A DNA stretch of 44,680 nucleotides, taken from positions 1 to 44,680 of the IMG/VR virus record IMGVR_UViG_3300033068_000459; one strand, 5' to 3'. Below, one piece after another: positions 34,434-41,992 of the stretch. This stretch comes from a virus. Both the position numbers and the translations under genes were made by a program. The stretch's first letter is position 1. Every line of letters begins with the position of its first letter. Below the pieces are notes generated by a model. The model saw only the letters and a list, made by a program, of their open reading frames with translations. It made no database searches and was not told where the DNA came from.

Positions 34434-34761
34434 CTTGTTCTCCTGGTTTGAGGGCGGCGTCAGCGGCAATGATGGCTTCAGCGATCTCAGACAGTTTTGC
34501 CACACTGCCTTGAGGTTGTTTTTCTGTATCCAGGGTCTTCTTACGAACGTGAACTTCAGTTCGTTTGAACACTGACAACAAGTTGCGCAACGCAGTCTCC
34601 AACCGCGCAATCTCTGCTTCCGCTTCTGAGCGAAGAACGAGGGGTTCGTCGAACTCCGAGCCCTTTTCGGTGCGGCATTGATGCCCGCGAGTTTCAGTGC
34701 CGTTCCAATGAGCAACAGAAAAAGCAATGCGCCACGCCACGGTTTTCAGTTCGGTGCTCAT
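34423..34761 (-). CDS. Hypothetical protein (112 aa)
   Basis: Part of the operon chain, with a coiled-coil-like centre. Confidence 0.55.
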   Translation of the reverse strand: MSTELKTVAWRIAFSVAHWNGTETRGHQCRTEKGSEFDEPLVLRSEAEAEIARLETALRNLLSVFKRTEVHVRKKTLDTEKQPQGSVAKLSEIAEAIIAADAALKPGEQDGR

Positions 34762-34976
34762 GACGGCTCCTTGGTTGCTCTTGCGACTGCTTTTTCAACG
34801 CATCGGCGCAAGGCTGCACGGCGTTCTGCTCGGGTGTTGCAGTGCTCGCGGAAGTTGTGTGTCTCCGACAGCTCCGTGTCGTACCAAGTGACCTCGACCG
34901 AGTACGGGTTGAAGTCCAAGGTCAGGTCATAGCGGAATGCCATTTCCATTGGCGATTTGCTCACTATGGGGGTCAT
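34758..34976 (-). CDS. Hypothetical protein (72 aa)
   Basis: ATGA-type overlaps on both sides. Confidence 0.55.
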   Translation of the reverse strand: MTPIVSKSPMEMAFRYDLTLDFNPYSVEVTWYDTELSETHNFREHCNTRAERRAALRRCVEKAVARATKEPS

Positions 34977-35311
34977 GGCTGCTCCCCGGTTGCTTTGGCG
35001 ATGGCGGCGTGTGCAATGTCAACCGCTTCACTCAGAGCATCTGACAGTCCTTTCAGGTCAATCGGGTCAGGGCCTCCGGCCCGCAACGCGCGACAAAGAC
35101 CGCCGATGGTGTCCAGCGCGTGCAGCAGGTCAGGTGCGGAAGCGATCAGGCGGGCGTTGGCTTCCTGATGGGATCGAGTGCTGTAGTCGGTGCCACTCCA
35201 CATCGGACGGTTGGCCGCGCAACTGCATTCGGCAACCATCAGTGTTGACGGCGCATTGATGGTCAGCATTTCGTCTACTCCCCATGGCCCTGGTGTGTGT
35301 TTAACGCTCAC
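34973..35311 (-). CDS. Hypothetical protein with HTPGPW...ANARLIASAPDLL motif
   Basis: This motif recurs in small phage early proteins of unknown function. Confidence 0.6.
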   Translation of the reverse strand: MSVKHTPGPWGVDEMLTINAPSTLMVAECSCAANRPMWSGTDYSTRSHQEANARLIASAPDLLHALDTIGGLCRALRAGGPDPIDLKGLSDALSEAVDIAHAAIAKATGEQP

Positions 35312-35339
35312 GGTTCAATCTCCTTTTTGGTATAGGGGG

Positions 35340-35534
35340 TCAGAAAAATCCAAGGATTGCGCCAAGCGGTGCGACAAAGATTCCAACGCATCGCAGCAAG
35401 AACATTCCGGTGATCGGATCGCCGGACGATCCAACCAAAGTCACGATGTTTTCTACCCAACCATAGATACCAGCGATCAGCGCTACAAAAAACGCGATGC
35501 CAAAAAAGCAAGTGAACATTTCAGACAATCTCAT
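35340..35534 (-). CDS. Small membrane protein (64 aa, 2 TM)
   Basis: Strong RBS (CAGGAGAAG) and two hydrophobic helices. Confidence 0.6.
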   Translation of the reverse strand: MRLSEMFTCFFGIAFFVALIAGIYGWVENIVTLVGSSGDPITGMFLLRCVGIFVAPLGAILGFF

Positions 35535-35559
35535 TCTCTTCTCCTGTGTTAATGCAAGT

Positions 35560-35587
35560 ATTCTACCGCGATTCTAGATTATCGTAA
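35560..35587 (-). promoter_or_regulatory. Putative sigma70-type promoter (TTACGA-16 nt-TAGAAT) upstream of 35340..35534
   Basis: Read on the minus strand as ...TTACGATAATCTAGAATCGCGGTAGAATACTTGCA... Confidence 0.4.
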
Positions 35588-35601
35588 GAGAAACATGATC
35601 C

Positions 35602-35919
35602 TCACCGATAAACGGCATACAGAACGCCCAAAACGACGCATACGGCCATCGAGATTGCAACGCCATAGGCCAGCATCTGCATACCGCTTCGCATGTCCTG
35701 GTCGGCTTCTTCCTCGGGAAACTCAAAGGTGCTGTCAAGCGGTTCTGGCCCTGCAAACTGGATCGGTATGGCATTTTTCATGCACGCTCCTTTGCAATCT
35801 TTTGCATGGCATCCAGGGCATGCAGTGGAATTTTTCACTCCAGCGCAAAAACCTAGGCACTGGCCTTGCACGGGATCGCAGCCAAGGATGCCGCAGCGGG
35901 GTTTGGTGTTGGACATCAT
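35602..35919 (-). CDS. Cys-rich tail-anchored membrane protein (105 aa)
   Basis: 10 Cys in the first ~47 residues, an acidic linker, and a C-terminal TM segment (MLAYGVAISMAVCVVLGVLYAVY). Confidence 0.6.
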   Translation of the reverse strand: MMSNTKPRCGILGCDPVQGQCLGFCAGVKNSTACPGCHAKDCKGACMKNAIPIQFAGPEPLDSTFEFPEEEADQDMRSGMQMLAYGVAISMAVCVVLGVLYAVYR

Positions 35920-36146
35920 TGCTCCAGTTGCCCGATCAGGGCGTCTTCAAGTTCATCACCAAGATCGCTGCAAAACAGGTCTTGGACTTCGGTTCCGTTG
36001 ATGAGGACTTTCCCCCACTCGACCATGGGAGGCTCGGGCGGTTCCATCTCCGTCGCCGGCTCTGCTGGGTAGAAAATCACGTCAGTGCAAACAACCTCAA
36101 CACCTCGGACGTAGGTGGTGACGGATTTGTGGTGGTGGGGTTTCAT
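35916..36146 (-). CDS. Hypothetical acidic protein (76 aa)
   Basis: The internal ATG at 36146 has GGAG upstream. ATGA coupling to the next gene. Confidence 0.5.
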   Translation of the reverse strand: MKPHHHKSVTTYVRGVEVVCTDVIFYPAEPATEMEPPEPPMVEWGKVLINGTEVQDLFCSDLGDELEDALIGQLEQ

Positions 36147-36328
36147 TTCGCCAACTCCGATCCAAAAATCATTGCCAGAACAATCCCGATGCCGATGGCC
36201 AGACCGTAGCTCTTGAGCTTTTCGATCAGGCGGCTCTGAGGCGTTGGGATTTCGATTGCAGCGCCGTACTCGACGGTGTTTCGGAAGGCTTCCATGGTTG
36301 ATCGGGGATGTTTGCGAGTCGTGTTCAT
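36143..36328 (-). CDS. Small protein with a C-terminal TM segment (61 aa)
   Basis: The start at 36328 overlaps the stop of the preceding small ORF (ATGA). Confidence 0.5.
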   Translation of the reverse strand: MNTTRKHPRSTMEAFRNTVEYGAAIEIPTPQSRLIEKLKSYGLAIGIGIVLAMIFGSELAK

Positions 36329-36480
36329 TTGAATCCCACAAAAAGAATGACCGCCGAGACGATCAGGATTGCAGAAATTCCAAAGTGCTTCCAAGGGTTG
36401 TCTGTGAATCGTGTTCCAGCCCAAGCGACACAAATCCCGACGATTGCACCGAAAACCATTCCAGGAATGATTGAGTTCAT
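36325..36480 (-). CDS. Small membrane protein (51 aa, 2 TM)
   Basis: Hand-translated as MNSIIPGMVFGAIVGICVAWAG...ISAILIVSAVILFVGFK. ATGA coupling on both sides. Confidence 0.5.
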   Translation of the reverse strand: MNSIIPGMVFGAIVGICVAWAGTRFTDNPWKHFGISAILIVSAVILFVGFK

Positions 36481-36668
36481 TTTTTCTCCTTAGTAGGGTC
36501 AGCCCAATGCGAAGCAAAACCAGCCTTCTCCAGCTTCTTGCTCCATTCGTCTTGCTCCATGGGAACAAGGTTCCAGTGACCGGGGATCGTGTCAGCCCAG
36601 GCATTCCATGCGGTTGAGGCTTCTTTGCCAGTCAGCTCGATGGCTTCTGGCTTCGGGATCAGGTTCAT
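36477..36668 (-). CDS. Hypothetical protein (63 aa)
   Basis: Strong RBS (CAGGAGAAG). It is the first gene of the coupled small-gene chain. Confidence 0.6.
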   Translation of the reverse strand: MNLIPKPEAIELTGKEASTAWNAWADTIPGHWNLVPMEQDEWSKKLEKAGFASHWADPTKEKK

Positions 36669-36752
36669 TCTCTTCTCCTGTGTGACCTCTTGTGAGGCGA
36701 TGGGGATATCATAAGCGAATATCGCGCAATCGCACTAGAATGCGACGAACGG

Positions 36753-37379
36753 TCAAGGCCCGATCTTGAGTGCAGTTTTCAAGGCCGATGAAATGACGTC
36801 TTGAGGGCGGTCTTTCAGCATGTAGACCCTCATGGCCTTTTCCTTGTCCCCGATCAGCGTAGGCTTTGGCGGCTCTAGGCCGCGTTTCGCCCAAAGACCA
36901 TCATTGGAACGGTCGCCTCCGAGTGACCTCGGATAAGAGAAATCATCACGACCAGCAAAAGACCGGTACGACTCACAAAAACGATGCTGGACATACGACA
37001 AGTCATCAATAGGAAGCCTGCACAGCTTGGCCCACCCGCCCATATCCTCAACCACCCGATGAATGATGGCGTCATCAAATGCCACATCCGTGTAGGCACC
37101 AACATCGGACATTGCGGAATGCAGCTTTGACCAAGCACGCAAAGAGGCATCTGTTTTCGTTCCTCCAAGCTGGCGAACAATGTCGGCTGGCTTTGGCACG
37201 AACTGACCTCGATCCGAATCCATGGCGTGCGCCGTGAAGGCTTTGGCGACCTGCTCAAAGTCGAATGTCTCGCAAGCCTGCCACCAGACGCTGAGAGCGA
37301 ACTCGGAAACGTCTTTCCCGTAGAAAGCCATCGCGTCCGTGATGAGCCTTTGAAATTCAACCCGCTGACTGTTGCGCAT
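36753..37379 (-). CDS. Replication protein, lambda P-like (helicase-loader candidate)
   Basis: The segment RGQFVPKPADIVRQL resembles lambda P RPFLPSPGQFVAW. It lies directly downstream of the initiator-like gene. Confidence 0.5.
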   Translation of the reverse strand: MRNSQRVEFQRLITDAMAFYGKDVSEFALSVWWQACETFDFEQVAKAFTAHAMDSDRGQFVPKPADIVRQLGGTKTDASLRAWSKLHSAMSDVGAYTDVAFDDAIIHRVVEDMGGWAKLCRLPIDDLSYVQHRFCESYRSFAGRDDFSYPRSLGGDRSNDGLWAKRGLEPPKPTLIGDKEKAMRVYMLKDRPQDVISSALKTALKIGP

Positions 37380-38130
37380 CTTGTTGCTCCATTTTCCTTA
37401 GCCATGCCTCGCCAACTGCGGCATTCCTGGCTTCAAGCTCCTCTTGTTTGTTCTGCTTCCTAGCACCTTTTGGCGGAAGCGCTTTGGCGATCCATTCCAG
37501 CGGCTGCAAAGGACCGACACGGATGCACTCCCGAAGAGCATCTATCAAGGCTTGGTCGCCATGAGCCTTACGAAGACCTCCGAGGAACGATCTGGCTTGT
37601 TTGTCAGCAGCCCCCGCATTGGTCAGCAATGGAACCCCATAACCGAAGATGATTTCATCGGGAGTCAGCGGCGGCTTGCCGCCAGTACCTTTAGGTACTG
37701 AATATGGTTCTTGGTTAATGGTTAATGGTTCTTGGTTAGGTGGCGGTTCGTGCACGGATGGTGACGGTTCGTGCACGGATGGTGACGGTTCGTGCACGGT
37801 TCGTTTGTTTTTCCTGCGTTTTTCTTCACGGTCCGTGGCAATTTGTCGGTTTTTCTCGGCGTTTTGCTGGTATGCCTCAATCTCTTCTCGGATTCTGTCT
37901 TGGACATACTTGCCGTCGATTAGTGTAAAAAATCGGCCTAAGACAAATTCAACCGCCAATACTTCGTCAGGACTTCGTGCCCAGGCCCACTCAATCGCCT
38001 CTGTCATGGTTGGGAAGCGTTCACGGTCATAGCACGCATCAATCAAAAGCGTGTACGCTCCGTGCTCCAGAAGCGAAAGCCTTCCGGCCTTCTTGGCGTA
38101 GTCGCCTATGTTTCGCTTGTAGTAATGCAT
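37357..38130 (-). CDS. Replication initiator-like protein (YdaU/DUF1376 N-terminal domain)
   Basis: The N-terminus MHYYKRNIGDYAKKAGRLSLLEHGAYTLLIDACY is typical of DUF1376. The central linker is encoded by DNA repeats. Confidence 0.7.
   Translation of the reverse strand: MHYYKRNIGDYAKKAGRLSLLEHGAYTLLIDACYDRERFPTMTEAIEWAWARSPDEVLAVEFVLGRFFTLIDGKYVQDRIREEIEAYQQNAEKNRQIATDREEKRRKNKRTVHEPSPSVHEPSPSVHEPPPNQEPLTINQEPYSVPKGTGGKPPLTPDEIIFGYGVPLLTNAGAADKQARSFLGGLRKAHGDQALIDALRECIRVGPLQPLEWIAKALPPKGARKQNKQEELEARNAAVGEAWLRKMEQQDAQQSAG
37706..37829. repeat. Putative origin: direct repeats (3 x CGGTTCGTGCACGG at 21-bp phasing, plus GGTTCTTGGTTAATGG repeats) followed by a T-rich stretch
   Basis: Iteron copies at 37744-37757, 37765-37778 and 37786-37799. 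GGTTCTTGGTTAATGGTTAATGGTTCTTGGTTAGG at 37706-37740. TTCGTTTGTTTTTCCTGCGTTTTTCTT at 37800-37826. Confidence 0.5.
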
Positions 38131-38140
38131 CGTTCAAGCC

Positions 38141-38188
38141 AAAAAAAACGCCTGCGGTCCCGTGGAATCAGCACGGAAGGCAGGCGTT
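38141..38188 (-). terminator. Intrinsic-terminator-like hairpin plus U8, 10 nt upstream of the initiator gene start
   Basis: Minus-strand RNA: AACGCCUGC-CUUCCGUGCUGAUUCCACGGGACC-GCAGGCGUU-UUUUUU (9-bp outer stem, inner 5-bp stem). Confidence 0.55.
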
Positions 38189-38253
38189 AGGCCGTGAGGC
38201 TTTGATCTAAAAATGGATCTGATTCATCCAAGACCGAAGCCACAACAAAGAAA

Positions 38254-38610
38254 TTATGCCACAGATGGCCCAGGCGTGATACGGATTTTGACCATGCCTC
38301 CGATTTCTTCCTTCATGTAGGGATGGATTCGGAAGCGTCGGTCATTCACGCCTAGCGCATCGGCCATGCCATCCCTGCCGTTCTTGAACGAGCTGAAGGC
38401 ATTGTCATCATCCCTGTGGCGACGGTCTGGCGGGTAGAAATCGGCCCAGAGGTGTATATTCCCTTCCCATGGGATCGAGCGTAGTCCAGCCTCCAGGCAC
38501 AGCGCATAGCACGCTTTACGATATGCCTTGGCGGCTTTGGCTCTGGTAGCCCAGTGAACTCGCTTGTTAGGGTTTAGGACGGCGGGGGGCCATGGAAGCG
38601 TGATCTCCAT
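38254..38610 (-). CDS. rusA: RusA-like Holliday junction resolvase
   Basis: LPWPPAVLNPNKRVHW...YRKA...FYPPDRRHRDDDN...KNGRDGMADAL matches the recalled RusA pattern. Confidence 0.75.
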   Translation of the reverse strand: MEITLPWPPAVLNPNKRVHWATRAKAAKAYRKACYALCLEAGLRSIPWEGNIHLWADFYPPDRRHRDDDNAFSSFKNGRDGMADALGVNDRRFRIHPYMKEEIGGMVKIRITPGPSVA

Positions 38611-38801
38611 TACTTCTCCACAGCGTAGATAAACCCGCCCTTCGGATTTTGGCCAACCGGGCGGATGAGATTTTGCTTCATCAGCTCACGGATCAGGCGG
38701 TATCCTCTTTGCGTAGGCCATCCAAGCGCCTTAGCAGCCTCTGAGCTAGTCTGAGGCTTGTTGGCTATGGATTGATAGAGCTGGACGGTGTAGGGGGTCA
38801 T
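38610..38801 (-). CDS. Small winged-helix-like DNA-binding protein (63 aa)
   Basis: The internal ATG at 38801 overlaps the upstream stop (ATGA). Sequence ...SSEAAKALGWPTQRGYRLIRELMKQNLI... Confidence 0.5.
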   Translation of the reverse strand: MTPYTVQLYQSIANKPQTSSEAAKALGWPTQRGYRLIRELMKQNLIRPVGQNPKGGFIYAVEK

Positions 38802-39082
38802 GCAGTGACCTCTTGAGGCTTTCCAGCGATCAGAACCATTTCGTCGATTGCGTATTCTCCGGGGTCTCGGATTGGTCTCAAATCGCAATCAGCAATAAGA
38901 ATTCGTTGTCCAGCTTTGATTAGGCCATCATGCCAACTTCGGAGGTCTTGGGCGCATGTGCAAACCCACCAGTGTTCGCCGCTGTCTCTATGCCCAGAAT
39001 CAAACTCAATATATACAAAGTGGCGAGCGTTTCCCTCAATGTTTTTAGCGATGTAGGCTAAATTTCCAGGATTGCAATTCAT
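38798..39082 (-). CDS. Hypothetical protein (94 aa)
   Basis: Part of the operon chain. Confidence 0.55.
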   Translation of the reverse strand: MNCNPGNLAYIAKNIEGNARHFVYIEFDSGHRDSGEHWWVCTCAQDLRSWHDGLIKAGQRILIADCDLRPIRDPGEYAIDEMVLIAGKPQEVTA

Positions 39083-39423
39083 ACCGCCCTCCAGAGGACT
39101 TTAGGAGCCATGTTGCTGGACCGTGCTTGCGCATAGCCCACTTTTTTGATGAGGCCGTCTTTTGCAGCTATCCGCATGATCGGACCCCACGCCTTTTCAT
39201 TGGCTGGAGCATCTGCCAGATCAAGCTCCGCACAAAACTCCCTCACATCCTCAGTCAGAAACTCACGGCCTGGGTGTGCTGTGCAGTAGAGAAAAACTGC
39301 TGCCATGGCATCAGAAGTCCAGCGCGGATCGTCTTTGCTGGCTTTGTACTCGGCTAGGGCCATCCCGAAGTCTCGGGCGGCTTCGGATTGTTGGGTGGTG
39401 TTCATAGTTTTACGATCATCCAT
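39079..39423 (-). CDS. Hypothetical protein
   Basis: The start is uncertain: TTG 39441 in the track, or ATG 39423 or 39405. Confidence 0.5.
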   Translation of the reverse strand: MDDRKTMNTTQQSEAARDFGMALAEYKASKDDPRWTSDAMAAVFLYCTAHPGREFLTEDVREFCAELDLADAPANEKAWGPIMRIAAKDGLIKKVGYAQARSSNMAPKVLWRAV

Positions 39424-39469
39424 GCGAAAGCGATTGCACAAACGGCGATTGCGAAAGCGTCAGGCCAGC

Positions 39470-39691
39470 TCATTGCAGCTCCTTAGCGGCTGCGATAGCG
39501 GTGCGGGCTTGTGTGACGATGGGATCGCATGTATGCCAGCGACTACCTTTTACAAGACATGCTTCCAGCGCCTCCAGCAACTGCCTATGGCTTGCGTCAA
39601 TGGCGAGTAGGTGGGCAATAACCTGATGGTCTTCTGGCTCCAAAGCCAGCATGCTTTCCATGCTTTTCGCCAGTTCTTCTGCTTTGCTCAT
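39470..39691 (-). CDS. Hypothetical protein (73 aa)
   Basis: RBS CAGGAGAATGAA upstream. Confidence 0.55.
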   Translation of the reverse strand: MSKAEELAKSMESMLALEPEDHQVIAHLLAIDASHRQLLEALEACLVKGSRWHTCDPIVTQARTAIAAAKELQ

Positions 39692-39692
39692 T

Positions 39693-40085
39693 TCATTCTC
39701 CTGTCAAAAGATGCGCCAACTCGGCGCGGGTTTGTTCAATCAATTCCACCTCACTGATGCCGTACATAGCGGCGAATTCATCCCGGCCCATGGCATGAAC
39801 TCCGGTTTTTCCTCGGTGATGCTCACGGCATAGACCAACTGTCCTGAAATGCGATGCCCGCATCATTCCAGTCCCTGTGCGCTGGTGATGAACTTCACAA
39901 GCGGTTTCGCCATATCCCAAGAATTTGCAAAGCTGGCATCCCAGCATGGCTACAGACGCCAGATACAGCGCTTCTTGTTTCGTGTGGCGCTTCGGTTTTG
40001 ACCTCATCGGCTTTGTGCTCCTGCGCATGGGGGTGCGATTTAGAGTCACTTCGATTCCTTGGCGTCCATCCAGCCGAGATTCCAT
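39693..40085 (-). CDS. ref: Ref-family recombination enhancement nuclease (HNH)
   Basis: CQLCK...CEVHHQRTGTGMMRASHFRTVGLCREHHRGKTGVHAMG matches the P1 Ref-like pattern. The start may instead be the internal ATG at 40028. Confidence 0.75.
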   Translation of the reverse strand: MESRLDGRQGIEVTLNRTPMRRSTKPMRSKPKRHTKQEALYLASVAMLGCQLCKFLGYGETACEVHHQRTGTGMMRASHFRTVGLCREHHRGKTGVHAMGRDEFAAMYGISEVELIEQTRAELAHLLTGE

Positions 40086-40300
40086 CCATGAGACGGCCAG
40101 CCAAACCGATACGGGTTGTCAGATATTGGCTGACCTCGATGAAATGCCCTGCGGCCTGCTTCCTCGTAATCTCGTTTTGGTTTTTTTGCGACATAGTAGC
40201 CACGTCCGCCGCATTGATAGCATGGAAATCCTGATGCGTCTGCTTCGCCACATCCTTTGCACGCACCGCAATCTACATTGATCTTTTCTTGTGTTTTCAC
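40046..40300 (-). CDS. DnaJ-type zinc-finger (CxxCxGxG x2) fused to an Rmf/CrpP-like C-terminus
   Basis: CGACKGCG...CYQCGGRG, then AFHRGQPISDNPY...W.LGW. Confidence 0.55.
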   Translation of the reverse strand: MKTQEKINVDCGACKGCGEADASGFPCYQCGGRGYYVAKKPKRDYEEAGRRAFHRGQPISDNPYRFGWPSHGWNLGWMDAKESK

Positions 40301-40656
40301 GGGATCACCTTTCTTTCCATTCGTCTATTGGCTTCCACGGTCCGCCATACTTCAATCTTTGCTTGAGCGCCGACAATCAGCCATCTCAACCGCTCTTCTT
40401 CCTCAACCGCAGCGCGCAAGCCTTTGAGTAGAGCCTGATATTCGGTGTCAGCGTAGGCGTCTCGTTCTTGCGCACCGATAGCAGATGTACCAGAAACCTC
40501 GGCGGCTTTCATGCAAAGCGCTTTCTTGCTTTTGCGGTACTCCTCAATATAAATTCTTTCAGCTTTGGCTTTGGCGTAAACCGCAGCGTTATCGCGAATA
40601 AAATCGAGAGCCCGAAACACATTAAATTCGGCATCTTGATTCATAGCCAAGCCCAT
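40297..40656 (-). CDS. Hypothetical protein (119 aa)
   Basis: Part of the operon chain; helical. Confidence 0.55.
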   Translation of the reverse strand: MGLAMNQDAEFNVFRALDFIRDNAAVYAKAKAERIYIEEYRKSKKALCMKAAEVSGTSAIGAQERDAYADTEYQALLKGLRAAVEEEERLRWLIVGAQAKIEVWRTVEANRRMERKVIP

Positions 40657-41165
40657 GTAACTCGTTTTGCAATAGCGTAGGCATACGAATAAACAATGCC
40701 ATGCTTCCGGCCTGCATCGGCCACCTTCATTCCAGAATCAAAATCAGCGCGAAAAGCTAAAATTTTTTCCTTGCTGTACTTATTTGTTCTGCATCGCTCG
40801 CCGCGAATGCTTGTACCGTGATGGACGGTGTCGGACATGTTCCCTCGACGGGTGTCAATGCGAAGGTTTTGCCAACAATTATTTTTCTTGTTCCCATCGT
40901 TGTGACAAACGTCCATTCCTTCTGGAATCAAGGAAATAAAAGCAGATGCAACAAGCCGATGAACAGTGCAATCCTTTTTTTTGGAATTTCGGCAAAGGCT
41001 GACAATCATGTAACCGCTATTGTTGCTGCGCTGACTTAATACCTTGAACGGAGTTGCTCCAAAGGCAGGCGCAACACGCATTACCCGTCCAAGACTAGAA
41101 ACGTGGTATTCCGGCCATGCTGGTATCTCACGCCACTCTTCTTGATGAAATTCAAAAGCGCTCAC
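40641..41165 (-). CDS. HNH homing endonuclease (NUMOD4 + HNH_3-like)
   Basis: EEWREIPAWPEYHVSSLGRV (NUMOD4-like), then TVHRLVASAF...VCHNDGNKKNN. AT-rich relative to its neighbours (by eye). Confidence 0.8.
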   Translation of the reverse strand: MSAFEFHQEEWREIPAWPEYHVSSLGRVMRVAPAFGATPFKVLSQRSNNSGYMIVSLCRNSKKKDCTVHRLVASAFISLIPEGMDVCHNDGNKKNNCWQNLRIDTRRGNMSDTVHHGTSIRGERCRTNKYSKEKILAFRADFDSGMKVADAGRKHGIVYSYAYAIAKRVTWAWL

Positions 41166-41362
41166 GCTGCCAACTCCTTAAACCGCGCAAGCCCGATAGC
41201 CCGCGCCTTTGGGTGAACTGCTTCGATCTTTGCTCTCTCAGCCTTCACGTATTCAGCCCATCCGTGTTGTAAATCTGCATCACCTAAAGCGTAGGCAAGT
41301 TCTCCTAGCCAGCGGGCGCGGGATTCTAGGAGTTCTTCTGGCCAGTCGTTCATTGGCAGCAA
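41162..41362 (-). CDS. Hypothetical protein (66 aa)
   Basis: Part of the operon chain. Confidence 0.5.
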   Translation of the reverse strand: MLPMNDWPEELLESRARWLGELAYALGDADLQHGWAEYVKAERAKIEAVHPKARAIGLARFKELAA

Positions 41363-41700
41363 AGTTGTTGAGGAACAAGCCTGCCAAGGTGAACATGCTT
41401 GCCAGCCAAGGATTCAGCAGATGGCATGTTACTTTTTAGCGCCATGGCTTCACATCTGGCGCACAAAAGTTTTCCATCTGGTGGAGCATCAAGAAACGTG
41501 AATTTTTTTGTCCCAGTGAAGGTATTGCCGCACCAGTTCTCAACGGCAATATGTGACTTGTACTTTTCGCTGATCTTGTGAGTTGTCACATAGCGCGGCC
41601 TATGAATAAGAATGGCCTTTGTGTTTTCAATGAATGGACTGCATTCTTTCCATGCGATGCCAAAACGATGATTTTTGGCTTTGCTCAGAGCGACTTTCAC
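41350..41700 (-). CDS. Hypothetical protein (116 aa)
   Basis: Part of the operon chain. Confidence 0.55.
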   Translation of the reverse strand: MKVALSKAKNHRFGIAWKECSPFIENTKAILIHRPRYVTTHKISEKYKSHIAVENWCGNTFTGTKKFTFLDAPPDGKLLCARCEAMALKSNMPSAESLAGKHVHLGRLVPQQLCCQ

Positions 41701-41960
41701 TTGATCGCCTCCCCAAGAACCTTAAAAGCCTTCTCAGCAGCTCGCCGCACCTTTGCCGCATCACCGGACTTCTCCGTATACGTCGCCAGAAGCAGAAGCT
41801 GTGCAGAGCGCGGAATCTCTCGCTTCCCGTCCTCATAAGCACATCCAGCAGACTGAGAGCAGCCTAGCGACTTCCAGAAGGTTTTCTGTGTCATGCCGGC
41901 AGCAGTGCGGATTTCTTTTGCTTGCGCGCCAGTGACCTCGTTTGGGGTGTCTTTCGTCAT
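41697..41960 (-). CDS. Cro/XRE-like helix-turn-helix regulator; first gene of the leftward operon
   Basis: The internal ATG at 41960 is preferred. HTH segment ...AKEIRTAAGMTQKTFWKSLGCSQSAGCAYEDGKREIP. It lies next to the divergent promoter region. Confidence 0.65.
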   Translation of the reverse strand: MTKDTPNEVTGAQAKEIRTAAGMTQKTFWKSLGCSQSAGCAYEDGKREIPRSAQLLLLATYTEKSGDAAKVRRAAEKAFKVLGEAIK

Positions 41961-41992
41961 CTTCGGGTGTCCGTATTGGTTGAGATGTGCAT

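Noticed and set aside
32025-36209. Plus-strand ORFs 32025..32636 (203 aa), 32374..32796, 33480..34007 and 35595..36209 (204 aa)
   Set aside because: They are antisense to the coherent minus-strand operon, whose genes have RBSs and coupled starts and stops.
36669-36752. Promoter in the 84-nt gap downstream of the P-like gene
   Set aside because: The only -10-like hexamer (TATGAT) lacks a -35 at workable spacing: TTGCGC is just 10 nt away. The gap may simply be a leader.
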